A DNA stretch of 64,000 nucleotides, from positions 23,756 to 87,755 of IMG/VR virus record IMGVR_UViG_3300045971_000431; one strand, written 5' to 3'. A model generated the notes under the pieces. That model made no database searches, was not told the origin of the DNA, and saw nothing but the letters and a program-made list of their open reading frames with translations. Positions within the stretch are counted from its first letter, which is position 1, and each line of letters opens with the position of its first letter. Positions 16,754-25,814 of the stretch are shown piece after piece. This DNA is from a virus. The position numbers and the translations under genes are program-made.

Positions 16754-18152
16754 TCTTGGTTGTCTTCAGGACTGGGTACTTCGCTTCCGTGTACCATTTT
16801 TTACGTTCACGAAAATGTTTGCGAGCCCACTTCAGACAGGAGTGAACGTCCACACAGTGCACACGATCCTTGTCGTGACCCTTGCGGAGCGACCGGCCGA
16901 TGGACTGGATAGAGCGGATGAACCCCTTGCCAGCATCGATCATCATGAAATTAAAAATCCTATCGATGCTGATGCCTTGCGAAGCAATGCCGAAGGTTGC
17001 GATGACGATGAGGTCGTCACGGTTTTCGAACAAGTGGTACCACTCAGCCCGTACCTCGTTCTCGGTCTCACCTGCCAGGAACACGGAGTCCTTGATCAAC
17101 TTCTGCAGCGCCTTACCCTGCTTGATCGAGTTGACCAGCACCAGCGTGTTGCCGTACTGGTCTGCGCGAGTGATGACGAGGTCAGCGATCAGATCCAGGC
17201 GGGCTGGGTTCTTGTTGATGAATGACCGCTCGGTGCCGTAGTCAGGGAACTCCTCATCTGCTGTCTCTTGAATCTCGATTGGTTCAATCTCGAGCTGAGC
17301 AAGGTAGCCCATAGCGATCAGTTCGTGGGCATGGATCTCGTAGAGGATCTCACCGATGGCACCACGCAGGGTCATCTGATCGATCTTTGGTTTCGGGAAG
17401 GTGCCCGTGCAGCCGAAGCGGTAGGCGCAGTTCTTGCCATGGTTGTTGATGAGCTCGCCCACCACCTTGGCTGAAGCGCCGTGCGCCTCGTCCACGATGA
17501 TGCAGTGGAAGCTCTCAACGATGGCTGGGTTGTTCTGCAGCGCCTGCCACGTGGCAACCACGACCGCATGGCTGATGTCCTTCTTGGCTCCGGAGTATGT
17601 GCCAACATCAAGATTGCACATCGTGAAGGTGCCAACCGTCTGGCTCACGAGGTCCGAGGATGGCACGATGACCATCGTCTTCAGTTCGTTCTGTGCCATC
17701 ACATCTGCAAGTGCAGCGCAGATGAGGGTCTTGCCAGCACCCGTGCCAGCGATGATGAAGCCGGAGGTGGCGTTCAGGGCGGCATTCACCGCGTCCACCT
17801 GGTACGGCCGAAGCTTGACGCCCAGCTTGTGCTCAGGCTTGCGCAGGAACCATTCGGCATCCATGCGGGTTTCGATGATGTCGACTGGCCGGCGAAGGTC
17901 TCGAATCTCGATGTCGTAGCCCCAGGTTTCCAGGTACGGTGTGATCTCGTCCAACAACCGGAAGTAGACCTTCCCGGTCTTGTCAAAGAACCGAACCTTG
18001 CCATCCCACCGGCCGAGCTTGTAGAGCGGCATGAAGAACGCGCCCTCGACCATGATGGCGAACTTGTTCTCCAGCACTTGGTGGTCAGGCGGCTCGAGGC
18101 CAGAGATCTGGCAGTAGACCTCGTCTCGAACGGTGATGTAGGCCTTCTTCAT
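16743..18152 (-). CDS. uvsW: UvsW-like SF2 helicase
   Basis: WDGK, LRPYQ, GTGAGKT, VDEAH, GCTGT, QSIGRSLR. Confidence 0.93.
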   Translation of the reverse strand: MKKAYITVRDEVYCQISGLEPPDHQVLENKFAIMVEGAFFMPLYKLGRWDGKVRFFDKTGKVYFRLLDEITPYLETWGYDIEIRDLRRPVDIIETRMDAEWFLRKPEHKLGVKLRPYQVDAVNAALNATSGFIIAGTGAGKTLICAALADVMAQNELKTMVIVPSSDLVSQTVGTFTMCNLDVGTYSGAKKDISHAVVVATWQALQNNPAIVESFHCIIVDEAHGASAKVVGELINNHGKNCAYRFGCTGTFPKPKIDQMTLRGAIGEILYEIHAHELIAMGYLAQLEIEPIEIQETADEEFPDYGTERSFINKNPARLDLIADLVITRADQYGNTLVLVNSIKQGKALQKLIKDSVFLAGETENEVRAEWYHLFENRDDLIVIATFGIASQGISIDRIFNFMMIDAGKGFIRSIQSIGRSLRKGHDKDRVHCVDVHSCLKWARKHFRERKKWYTEAKYPVLKTTKINT

Positions 18153-18625
18153 TGCGCGAAGCGGAAGTGGCGTTCGAGGTTGTGGGAGCGGATGTAGGAG
18201 ATGGGCTTCGCGTCATGCAGCGGAGCAAGCATGAGACCCGCAGTGCTGAGGTGTGTCACGAGCAGCATGATGCGCATCGTCTCGATGGCAGAAATCTGTG
18301 CATCGGGTTCCAGACGAGCAGACACACGCACACCGTTCTCTTCCTCGTAGAAGGTGACAGAGCTGGTGGGGCCAATCGGATCCCACATGAGTACAGGCGG
18401 GGTCGACTTGATGGAACTGCCGCTGCTGTTCGAGTAGTTCAGATGGGCGACGCCTGCACCAATCGTGTAGGTGGTTCCCATTGATGGCTGTGGTGCAGCA
18501 GTCGGTATCGGCTGGTTGCTGAAGCCGTAGTTCTGTGGGTTGCCAACAACGGGTGCACCATTGCCGACATTGCCGTAGCTGTAGCCGCCATGGTATGGCT
18601 TTACTGAGGGATCAGAGGATGACAT
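18149..18625 (-). CDS. Hypothetical protein
   Basis: Start re-placed at MSSSD. Confidence 0.6.
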   Translation of the reverse strand: MSSSDPSVKPYHGGYSYGNVGNGAPVVGNPQNYGFSNQPIPTAAPQPSMGTTYTIGAGVAHLNYSNSSGSSIKSTPPVLMWDPIGPTSSVTFYEEENGVRVSARLEPDAQISAIETMRIMLLVTHLSTAGLMLAPLHDAKPISYIRSHNLERHFRFAQ

Positions 18626-19073
18626 CTTGTAGTTCCGCAACTCGTAGTTTGGTGATATTCTGCAGCATCCAGCCCATCTGCTTGAACGCCTCGACGATTT
18701 CTTCCAGCTTGTCCCGCACGAGGGAGACCTCGATGACGAGCTGATTGTGTGCGACCATCTCAGGGCTACCGGCAATGAAGACGGTAGTCTCGCGGGCTCC
18801 GTAGGCGCGCTGGCCCTGCATCAGGTTCTTCAGCAGGCGCGACTCCAGTTTGCAGCTGAAGTTCTCGAGCAGCTTGACGACGTGCTTGGCTTCCTTGGCC
18901 CGCTGGCTGTAGAAGGCTTGGTGTTGTGGGAGGGTGCGTGCGATGACCTCGAGTCGCTCACCTGCAATCTCGAACATCTTCTCGGCGCCAGCAATGTCTT
19001 CCTCGAAAGCGTCGAGGATAGGACCGAGCTGCTCGGCAAGGCGAGACTCTTCAAGATCGAGTAGAGGACTCAT
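18612..19073 (-). CDS. uvsY: UvsY-like recombination mediator
   Basis: Helical protein ending KQMGWMLQNITKLRVAE; lies between uvsX and uvsW. Confidence 0.75.
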   Translation of the reverse strand: MSPLLDLEESRLAEQLGPILDAFEEDIAGAEKMFEIAGERLEVIARTLPQHQAFYSQRAKEAKHVVKLLENFSCKLESRLLKNLMQGQRAYGARETTVFIAGSPEMVAHNQLVIEVSLVRDKLEEIVEAFKQMGWMLQNITKLRVAELQDVIL

Positions 19074-19336
19074 TCGTGACCGCGATTGGAGATGATGAAT
19101 TCGTCAGTGTTGTAGTCGAAGTCGACCGTCTGATCGACTAGCAGATTCACAGTCTGCATGTCGGCGACTACCTTCGGCACTTGGAGTATTGTACAATCGA
19201 ACTGACGCTCATCAGCGTTAGGTATAAGGTCCACGTGCTGCCCTGCATGAGGAAGGGTGGTCACCTGGACTCGAAAGGAACTACCCGGCTCCAAGAGTTG
19301 AAGGATCTTGGACCGGGCACAGAGAGTGATTCGCAT
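19070..19336 (-). CDS. Hypothetical protein, weak HesB/IscA-like pattern without the Fe-S cysteines
   Basis: ITLCARSKI..LL...FRVQV...VVAD.QT..LL...TVDF. Confidence 0.45.
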   Translation of the reverse strand: MRITLCARSKILQLLEPGSSFRVQVTTLPHAGQHVDLIPNADERQFDCTILQVPKVVADMQTVNLLVDQTVDFDYNTDEFIISNRGHE

Positions 19337-19368
19337 GATAGGGCGGGGCCGTAGTGGCCCTGCTCTAT

Positions 19369-19548
19369 TTACTCGGCTGCGTCGTCGGCTTCTGCCTTCT
19401 TCGGCAGGAGCGAGAGCTCGTCGATGGCGGTGCGAACTGCCTTGATGAGCTTGCCTTGTGACACAAACACCGTGGTCTTGGTGTCGGAGTCGGTGTCAAC
19501 GGTCAGGACGAAGCCGCCGTCGGCGAAGTGGATTGAGAGTCCGTTCAT
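19369..19548 (-). CDS. Small hypothetical protein (59 aa, absent from ORF track)
   Basis: MNGLSIHFADGGFVL...DDAAE; ATGA-coupled to uvsX; SD AAGGA. Confidence 0.7.
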   Translation of the reverse strand: MNGLSIHFADGGFVLTVDTDSDTKTTVFVSQGKLIKAVRTAIDELSLLPKKAEADDAAE

Positions 19549-20669
19549 GTGGTTTCCTTCTTGGCCTTACGGCCCTTTGTGGTTGGTGTTTCGTCTTGGT
19601 CGACGATGTTTTCGATCTCGTCTTCGCTGGGTTCCAAAGCCAACCCACGAGCAGCGATCGGCACGCACGCTTCATGAGCAAGCAGCTTGAGCGCGATGGT
19701 GTCATCGAACTCCTTCTCCTTGAACACGATTCGTTCGCCGTTGATCTCAGCGACGTAACTGAGCTTCTCGCCGGGTTGGGTGCCCTTGCCGGTCACGCCC
19801 ATTTCAACGAGCAGGTCCAGCAGACCAGACGTCGATGCCATGCCGCGGTTGTACGGCACGTCGAGCTCGACCTTGGTACCCAGCTTTGCGAACCGTGACT
19901 TGTAGGTCTCGAATCGCATGCGCACACCGGTGACAACGCCTTCATCCTTCAACTTCAGCTTCGTGACGATGCCGATGATCGAGGACGAGAACTTCGTCGA
20001 GTTGGTGATTGCCCAAGCACCGTCACCCATCATGACGTCTTGTGGGTACACGTGGTCCGTCACAAGCATCGTGATTGGCAGCCGACCCAAGTGAGCCACC
20101 GCCAGCCGAAGCATTGCCTTGCGGCGCTTGGCCAAGATGCCCTGGTCGGACTTGATCGTACCGTCGCGGTCGTAGTTCTCAAACTCCGTGGTGGAGCTGA
20201 GCATCGCCAACGAGTCAAGCACGATGATCGTCTTCTGCACCGCTTCACCGTAGTTGTCCTTGCCGTACGTCTTCTGGTAGTTCGAGAAGAACTCAGCAAG
20301 AACGCGGTTGACGTCTTCGATGGTCGCGACAGAGATATAGGTGAGAGCTTCTTCACGGATGTCGCACCCGATCTTCGACAGGTAGTCCACGTCGATGGCG
20401 TGTTCACTGTCAAGGAAGAGTACGTGGTAGCCGAGAAGCTGCGCCTGAAGAGCAATGTTCGACACGATGAAGCTCTTGCCAGCGCCGGATGGGCCTGCGA
20501 AAAGCGTAATCTTGCCGAGTGGAATGCCCTTCTTGAAGTCACCACTCAACGCGCGATTGAGGGCGTAGTTGCCAGTGCTCAACCAATGTTCGACAGTCCG
20601 CAGACCGACTCCCACTGTGTCAAGCTTCGCAACTTCCTTCTTGAACTTGTCAAGGAATGGTAGTGCCAT
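19545..20669 (-). CDS. uvsX: UvsX/RecA-like recombinase
   Basis: STGNYALN, GPSGAGKS, LDSEHA, VLDSL, KSRF. Confidence 0.95.
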   Translation of the reverse strand: MALPFLDKFKKEVAKLDTVGVGLRTVEHWLSTGNYALNRALSGDFKKGIPLGKITLFAGPSGAGKSFIVSNIALQAQLLGYHVLFLDSEHAIDVDYLSKIGCDIREEALTYISVATIEDVNRVLAEFFSNYQKTYGKDNYGEAVQKTIIVLDSLAMLSSTTEFENYDRDGTIKSDQGILAKRRKAMLRLAVAHLGRLPITMLVTDHVYPQDVMMGDGAWAITNSTKFSSSIIGIVTKLKLKDEGVVTGVRMRFETYKSRFAKLGTKVELDVPYNRGMASTSGLLDLLVEMGVTGKGTQPGEKLSYVAEINGERIVFKEKEFDDTIALKLLAHEACVPIAARGLALEPSEDEIENIVDQDETPTTKGRKAKKETT

Positions 20670-20735
20670 TGATCCTCCTGATGATTAAGAACAGAAGTAC
20701 CAGTTGCCTAGTACTTCCGTTCTACATGGACCGAG

Positions 20736-21629
20736 TTACTCGGCAGCGCTGGCTTGTGCAGCCTTGGCAGCAGCGCGTTGGCGGAGCTGCTCAACGACGG
20801 ACAGCTTCGGAGCTGCGGTCGTCGTGGTGTCTGCTGCAGGAGTTGCAGCAGCTTGCACGGCAGGCTTGGCCGTCACGGCAGGCTTGGCGGCAGGGGCCGG
20901 AGCTTCGTCGTCACCACCGCTTTCGGGCATCGAGGCACCAGTCTGATCGGCGATCAGCATGGCTTCGAGCTGCTCACGACCCGTCTTCGGGGTACGGTAA
21001 GCCTTCAGGTCGTACAGCGTGATGGCTTCGATGATGTCATCAGCCACGTCGGTCTGCTTCGGTGCGAAGCCAGAGGTCTGGTACGAGGCGTACTCACCTG
21101 ACTTGGTCTTCTTGATGCGGAAGTTGTAGCCGCCCTTCAGCTCGTACGGAGCCTCTTCCAGATCGCCAGACTTGAATGCTGCCTGGATCTGGTTGAAGAT
21201 GGCCGGACCGAAGTCGATCAGCTTCACGAGTTGCTCAGCGTCATGTTCGACAGGGCTGTCGATCACGAGCACTTGGCCGAGGTAGCTCTTCTTGCGGTAG
21301 TACTTCTTGCCCAGGGTCTGGTTGTGGTCTGGGGACTTCTCGTCGTAGTAGCCCTGCGACAGCGTGCAGATGGGGCAGTCTTCGCCGTACATCTTCAAGC
21401 ACGCGACAGTTTCCTTCTTGCCGTTGATGACGAGTTCGTGCGTCAAGTTCTCCACAAGGAAGCCCATGCCGTTGTCGTCGTCTTGGTCGGGGAGGAAGCG
21501 CACCGTGGAGGTGCTATCGTGGGGAGCCTTCCAAAATGGAAACTTCAATTTCCACGTTTGGTCTCCACCACCGCCTTGGGTCTTCTGGGCGAAGTTTGCG
21601 GCGAGTTCTGCGAGTGTCTTCTTAGCCAT
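20736..21629 (-). CDS. Single-stranded DNA-binding protein (gp32-like)
   Basis: VRFLPD, H...CLKMYGEDCPIC zinc site, GYNFRIKK...YASY. Confidence 0.9.
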   Translation of the reverse strand: MAKKTLAELAANFAQKTQGGGGDQTWKLKFPFWKAPHDSTSTVRFLPDQDDDNGMGFLVENLTHELVINGKKETVACLKMYGEDCPICTLSQGYYDEKSPDHNQTLGKKYYRKKSYLGQVLVIDSPVEHDAEQLVKLIDFGPAIFNQIQAAFKSGDLEEAPYELKGGYNFRIKKTKSGEYASYQTSGFAPKQTDVADDIIEAITLYDLKAYRTPKTGREQLEAMLIADQTGASMPESGGDDEAPAPAAKPAVTAKPAVQAAATPAADTTTTAAPKLSVVEQLRQRAAAKAAQASAAE

Positions 21630-21674
21630 GGTTCAAAACCTTTCAAAGTTACAAATTGATTGAGTGTACAAAAG

Positions 21675-21706
21675 TTGCACGTCTTCCGACGTGCAAGGTA
21701 TTTATA
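21675..21706 (-). promoter_or_regulatory. Late promoter and GNRA hairpin in the SSB leader
   Basis: TATAAATA at 21699..21706, then TTGCACGTC-GGAA-GACGTGCAA. Confidence 0.65.
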
Positions 21707-21796
21707 CGGAACCGCCTGCTTTCAGCGACTCAACCTGCAAATGTCAGTGTACTGCGGTAACGCAAGTGCTTAACTGACAAGAGCTATTGTAACCAG

Positions 21797-21820
21797 AAGG
21801 GGGACCACGTGGTCCCCCTT
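21797..21820. terminator. 24-bp perfect palindrome, probable terminator
   Basis: aagggggaccacgtggtccccctt just past the 21843 stop. Confidence 0.6.
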
Positions 21821-21842
21821 TCAGGTCGGTTACAACCTAGAC

Positions 21843-22988
21843 TTAGGTCTCGCGATGGTAGACCTGGATGACTGCATCTACCTCGCTGCCCTTCCACGCA
21901 GAGGTCTGCGCGAAGTACTGCTGCTTCAAGGCGGTGTACGGAACCTCCTTGTCGCCACGCGTCTTCTGACGGGCCAACAACGTCTTGAACGTCGTCCAGA
22001 ATTCCACCGCCACGATCTTCATGTGCAATGCGCGGGCTTGCTGCACGTACTGCGCGCGAACCTTCTTCGAGCCGTTGGTGTTGTCGACGATGACATCAGC
22101 CGAATTGCATGGGAACACACGCAACTCCTCGAAGCGGTCAGCGATCCTCGCATTGGCGAAGGCACGAAACGCGCTGTCGTTGGCGAAGGTGTAGGCCACC
22201 GCATCGCGGTAGTCTTGCTTCACGTCCGTGCCGGCACCGAACGGCGTCGTCATCTTGTTGAAGTACTCCAAGCGCATCTCATCCAACGACAAGACGACCG
22301 ACGACCGCTTCTCGTACTGAGCACGCCACGTGGACTTGCCCGAACCTGACGGCCCGACCAAGATGTAGCAGATGCCCTTGCGAGGATCCACGACATGCGT
22401 CTCCAACGGAACCGCCTTGAACTGCGCGATCCAATCTGCGACGGCCTTCAACTTCTCTTCCATGCCGTCGCTGATGCGCCCGAAAGCGTCCGACTGCAAG
22501 TGGTCGTAGAAGCACTCCTCGTCCTCACGCAAGGTGTGGGCGACGGCCGTGCGCAATGCAGAGACCTTCACCTTGTCCTTGTAGCCGAAAGGCAAGTGAT
22601 GTTCGATGATCCAGCGGACCTGACGTGCTTCATCCGGCGTGAGCAACTGCTGCAAGAACGGGTCCGTCAACCACGTTTCCGTGAAGGTGACAGCCGAGTC
22701 CTGCTCGTGGCCTGCGTACCGACGGTACGTGCCAGAGCCGTCCTTCTTCTCGAGTACTTCTTCGGCAGCAGGCTTGCCCGTGTCGTGGAACAACAAGGCG
22801 ATCGACGTGATCTTGTTCTGCTGAGGCGTGCGGAGAGGTGCGAGGTTCGTCGCGTACCAGTCCAACGCCATCTCGGTGTGAACCGCTACGTTCTCTTCAC
22901 GGTGCCAAGGGGAGGCCTCGACAGTTGCGACCAAGCCGGCCCACGCTGGGGTCTGCTTGAAGTGTTCGATGTATTGCTGGTAGTCCAT
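21843..22988 (-). CDS. HD-domain phosphohydrolase fused to a P-loop (AAA_33/PNK-like) kinase
   Basis: WHRE...VHT...LFHDTGK...GHE; GPSGSGKST, SLD, VDNTN. Confidence 0.85.
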   Translation of the reverse strand: MDYQQYIEHFKQTPAWAGLVATVEASPWHREENVAVHTEMALDWYATNLAPLRTPQQNKITSIALLFHDTGKPAAEEVLEKKDGSGTYRRYAGHEQDSAVTFTETWLTDPFLQQLLTPDEARQVRWIIEHHLPFGYKDKVKVSALRTAVAHTLREDEECFYDHLQSDAFGRISDGMEEKLKAVADWIAQFKAVPLETHVVDPRKGICYILVGPSGSGKSTWRAQYEKRSSVVLSLDEMRLEYFNKMTTPFGAGTDVKQDYRDAVAYTFANDSAFRAFANARIADRFEELRVFPCNSADVIVDNTNGSKKVRAQYVQQARALHMKIVAVEFWTTFKTLLARQKTRGDKEVPYTALKQQYFAQTSAWKGSEVDAVIQVYHRET

Positions 22989-23000
22989 GGAGCCATTATA

Positions 23001-23492
23001 TCACGGCTTCCTGCGGATGTACACCTTTTGTGTGGTCACGTTGATCGCATCGGACTTGATCGTGATGGGGCCGGTGATGTTCAGATACGGCGGCCAAAGA
23101 TCCTGACGTGTCGGCTTCGGCGCAGCGATTGGCTCGAAGTAGACGACCAGCATGCGTGCACCACCGGAACCCACGAATCGATACTCGTAGCCCTTGATCT
23201 TGAAGCCAGGAATGGTCAGGGTCGGCAGCGCGCGCCAGTCGTTGACACCGCCTTCCTTCGTCAGACACTTTCCTTCATCGCGCCACGTAACGAACGAGGT
23301 GCGCGGGCAGATGAGGATCTGGCCGTCGGCTGCAGTGTCGTTCTGCAGTGGGCCGAACACCATGACGCGAGGCGCTGTGTCGAACGACACCATGCTCGAT
23401 GGGCTCGTGCTGTCCGACTGGGGCGGGTGCGAGGAGCCGTGGGCGAACGCCGAGGTGGCGGTCAGAAGGGCGAGGGCGAGGAGATGGTTCAT
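23001..23492 (-). CDS. Secreted hypothetical protein
   Basis: Signal peptide MNHLLALALLTATSAFA. Confidence 0.65.
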   Translation of the reverse strand: MNHLLALALLTATSAFAHGSSHPPQSDSTSPSSMVSFDTAPRVMVFGPLQNDTAADGQILICPRTSFVTWRDEGKCLTKEGGVNDWRALPTLTIPGFKIKGYEYRFVGSGGARMLVVYFEPIAAPKPTRQDLWPPYLNITGPITIKSDAINVTTQKVYIRRKP

Positions 23493-23704
23493 GGTGCGGT
23501 GGGTTCTTTGGTGCCGTCGGAGAAGCCAAGTTGATAGGCCCCGTTGAGAAGGAAGACGTGCTTCTTGAGCTCTTCGTCGGTCCAGCCCGAATACGTGCGA
23601 ACTCTCTTCCCCTTGTACAAAACCTCGGCCTGGCCCGGCAGAAGAAAACCGCGTGATTCTTCGGTGATCTTGTAGGTGTATGGCTTGCGTTGACCGAGGT
23701 TCAT
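23489..23704 (-). CDS. Hypothetical protein
   Basis: ATGA-coupled on both sides. Confidence 0.6.
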   Translation of the reverse strand: MNLGQRKPYTYKITEESRGFLLPGQAEVLYKGKRVRTYSGWTDEELKKHVFLLNGAYQLGFSDGTKEPTAP

Positions 23705-23955
23705 CGCTGCACCTTCGCTGTGTACGACGGTCCTTGACCCTGCTTTGCTGGCCGCTTGCGGATCGTCTGCTTGTGGGTGACTTGGCCGAACCACTCAGCA
23801 GGGATCTCGACGAGCACCCCACGGCGGAGACGGTGCGGCTTGCCATCGATCATCTGCACCTTGGCCCGAGACCGCCGTGGCCGGTTCTGAAGCTGCTCGA
23901 GCAGCTCAGCCATCGTACGAGCGGTGAGCGGTGTCTTGGGCCGAAGCTTGCTCAT
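23701..23955 (-). CDS. Basic hypothetical protein
   Basis: 84 aa, Arg/Lys-rich; ATGA-coupled. Confidence 0.6.
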   Translation of the reverse strand: MSKLRPKTPLTARTMAELLEQLQNRPRRSRAKVQMIDGKPHRLRRGVLVEIPAEWFGQVTHKQTIRKRPAKQGQGPSYTAKVQR

Positions 23956-24092
23956 TGCTCTTCAAACCACCGGCGGCCGGTGCTCCAGAGCACCGCGCTA
24001 CCCAAGACGAGCACCACGAGGATGAACGGGCTGAGCACGATCCACGCGAGTAGATCGAGCACCGGATTCTCAAAGCGACCAACGCGGTTCAT
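23952..24092 (-). CDS. Small single-pass membrane protein (46 aa, absent from ORF track)
   Basis: MNRVGRFENPVLDLLAWIVLSPFILVVLVLGSAVLWSTGRRWFEEQ; ATGA-coupled on both sides. Confidence 0.65.
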   Translation of the reverse strand: MNRVGRFENPVLDLLAWIVLSPFILVVLVLGSAVLWSTGRRWFEEQ

Positions 24093-24298
24093 GATTGGCT
24101 TTCTTGGTTCTGTGCACGAACGACGAAGCGTGCTAGCTCGGTGAGCAGCTCATCCGTCATAAAGATCACGTGACCGTTGGAATCGTGCAGCGTGACCCCA
24201 ACGCGTGGAATGCGGGTGAAGACGGAGGAGTTCTCCTCACCCGGGTTGACGACTTCTTCCAGTTGACCGCAGTCATTGGTGTGTAGAAGAGTGTGCAT
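24089..24298 (-). CDS. Hypothetical protein, paralog of 24636..24848
   Basis: VGVTLHDSNGHVIFMTDELL. Confidence 0.6.
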   Translation of the reverse strand: MHTLLHTNDCGQLEEVVNPGEENSSVFTRIPRVGVTLHDSNGHVIFMTDELLTELARFVVRAQNQESQS

Positions 24299-24300
24299 GA

Positions 24301-24639
24301 TCAGTCCATCCTTTCGACGGCGTAGGCACGCATTGAAGGGTAGTACTTCTTCAGGACTTCCACGTAGGCACGTGAGCCGGCCATCTTGGCATCCATCCAC
24401 TGCGTGTGGTTGCCGGATGGGTTGTAGACCTGCAGCCCGCCCTCGAAGTCGTCAGTGCGACCCATGCCGAGGTGCTTGAGCGCAGCGACCAGCGGGCCAC
24501 GAGCCGGCTTGATCTTCACCCACGAGAAACCGCAGGGATACCACTGCGTGGGGTTGGCATCGATCATCGCCTGCGCAGCGGCCTTGGCTGCGTCTTGCGC
24601 TTCCTGGATGATCTTGAATTCAACAGCGTACTTGGTCAC
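24301..24639 (-). CDS. Conserved phage hypothetical protein
   Basis: YPCGFSWV...Q.MDAK.AG. Confidence 0.7.
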   Translation of the reverse strand: MTKYAVEFKIIQEAQDAAKAAAQAMIDANPTQWYPCGFSWVKIKPARGPLVAALKHLGMGRTDDFEGGLQVYNPSGNHTQWMDAKMAGSRAYVEVLKKYYPSMRAYAVERMD

Positions 24640-24848
24640 AGGACATCTCCATCAATGGTGATTGCTGCCAGCCGATCTTCGGCTTCGCGGATGTAGCTGT
24701 CACGCTGGAAGCTGAAGAGCTGGTCCAGCATGTCGTCCGTCAAGAAGATCTGTGTTCCATTGGGTGCCGTCAGCGTGAAGCCGACGTCAGCATGGCGCTC
24801 GAACTTCAACTCGTCGGCCTTGCCAACGTTGATGTGTTGGACTAGCAC
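24636..24848 (-). CDS. Hypothetical protein
   Basis: VGFTLTAPNGTQIFLTDDML. Confidence 0.6.
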   Translation of the reverse strand: MLVQHINVGKADELKFERHADVGFTLTAPNGTQIFLTDDMLDQLFSFQRDSYIREAEDRLAAITIDGDVL

Positions 24849-25069
24849 GTGAGATACTCCGGGTGAAAGATGATGGTGAGCGGCTTCCCGAGGTGGTCAT
24901 GCTCGATTGTCTCCTTGCACAACATGTCGACTGTCGCACCGAAATCGGTGGCGATCACTTCATCGGCAGGAATGTGCTCAAGGTACACGCCGTGAAAACC
25001 TTCGCGCGTGTGGAGACTACGAAACGCACATTCAAACGCTTGACGTTGGATGGTCGTGAGACGGTTCAT
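24842..25069 (-). CDS. Hypothetical protein
   Basis: First gene after the promoter at 25103. Confidence 0.6.
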   Translation of the reverse strand: MNRLTTIQRQAFECAFRSLHTREGFHGVYLEHIPADEVIATDFGATVDMLCKETIEHDHLGKPLTIIFHPEYLTC

Positions 25070-25081
25070 TTGAACGGGAAA

Positions 25082-25122
25082 GGCCTTGGTTGCGATAGAG
25101 TAATTCTATCACAACCAAGGCC
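25082..25122 (-). promoter_or_regulatory. Extended -10 (TGaTAGAAT) inside an 18-bp-arm imperfect inverted repeat
   Basis: ggccttggttg-c-gataga / tctatc-a-caaccaaggcc. Confidence 0.55.
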
Positions 25123-25159
25123 CGAGATGTAGATCAGTGTGTAACTGACCTGGCGTTCG

Positions 25160-25813
25160 TTACACCGGTAGGATTGTCCAGCAGTCTGTGACCTTGCCAG
25201 TGGTGACATTGGCGAACCACTCGTAGCCGAACCAGCAGTAGCCTTCTTGGCCGAAACCGGTGCCGAACGAGTTCCGAACGAGGACCATCTGGGTGGCGTC
25301 ATCGAAGCCGCAGGCGACCATGCAGTGGCTTCCGATCCAGCGAGTTGTAGCTGCAATGCCTGGCTGAACGCCTGAGTACTTCGTCACCGAAGCGAAGGTG
25401 TCAGGCACCATGAGCGCGAACAGAACAGGCAGGCCCTGTGTTAGGGCAGTCTTCATTGCAGCGAAGGACTGCACTGACTGGTAGGCCTTGATCTTGGTGC
25501 GCAGTGGTTGAGCCACGTTGTAGGCATTGGCATCAGGCTTCGTGACGATCTTGGTCGTGTCATACGGCCATGCGGTCTCAGCAGGAGCACCATACTGGGA
25601 GAGGCCCTTCATGGCGTTTCGTGGCTGGCAACCGAAATCGCCGCCAGTCTGGTTCGCATACGAGCGTGCATTCCAGTACACGAACAGGCGTGACAGATCG
25701 GAGACGCCAAGAACGGCTTCAACGACTGAGGTGGCAGCATGGGCGACGCACGAATTTGGCAGGCCTTGTTGTTCGATTGGACCGAACTTTGCGCGGAGAT
25801 CTACTGAAGCCAT
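25160..25813 (-). CDS. Papain-like (C1A) cysteine protease
   Basis: SVDLR...QQG..SCVA (Cys), LSRLFVY, GSHCM (His), VRNSFG (Asn). Confidence 0.9.
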   Translation of the reverse strand: MASVDLRAKFGPIEQQGLPNSCVAHAATSVVEAVLGVSDLSRLFVYWNARSYANQTGGDFGCQPRNAMKGLSQYGAPAETAWPYDTTKIVTKPDANAYNVAQPLRTKIKAYQSVQSFAAMKTALTQGLPVLFALMVPDTFASVTKYSGVQPGIAATTRWIGSHCMVACGFDDATQMVLVRNSFGTGFGQEGYCWFGYEWFANVTTGKVTDCWTILPV

Positions 25814-25814
25814 T

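Noticed and set aside
22395-23534. 379-aa plus-strand ORF, and similar long antisense ORFs at 37239..38138, 44724..45719 and 17481..18197
   Set aside because: Shadows of well-supported minus-strand genes in GC-rich codon usage; no motifs, SD or promoter
23493-23846. Long N-terminal extensions in the ORF track (also 3952, 18775, 25858, 27183, 53794, 59946)
   Set aside because: Most overlap other genes or promoters; downstream ATGs with coupling, SD, a promoter or a signal peptide fit better
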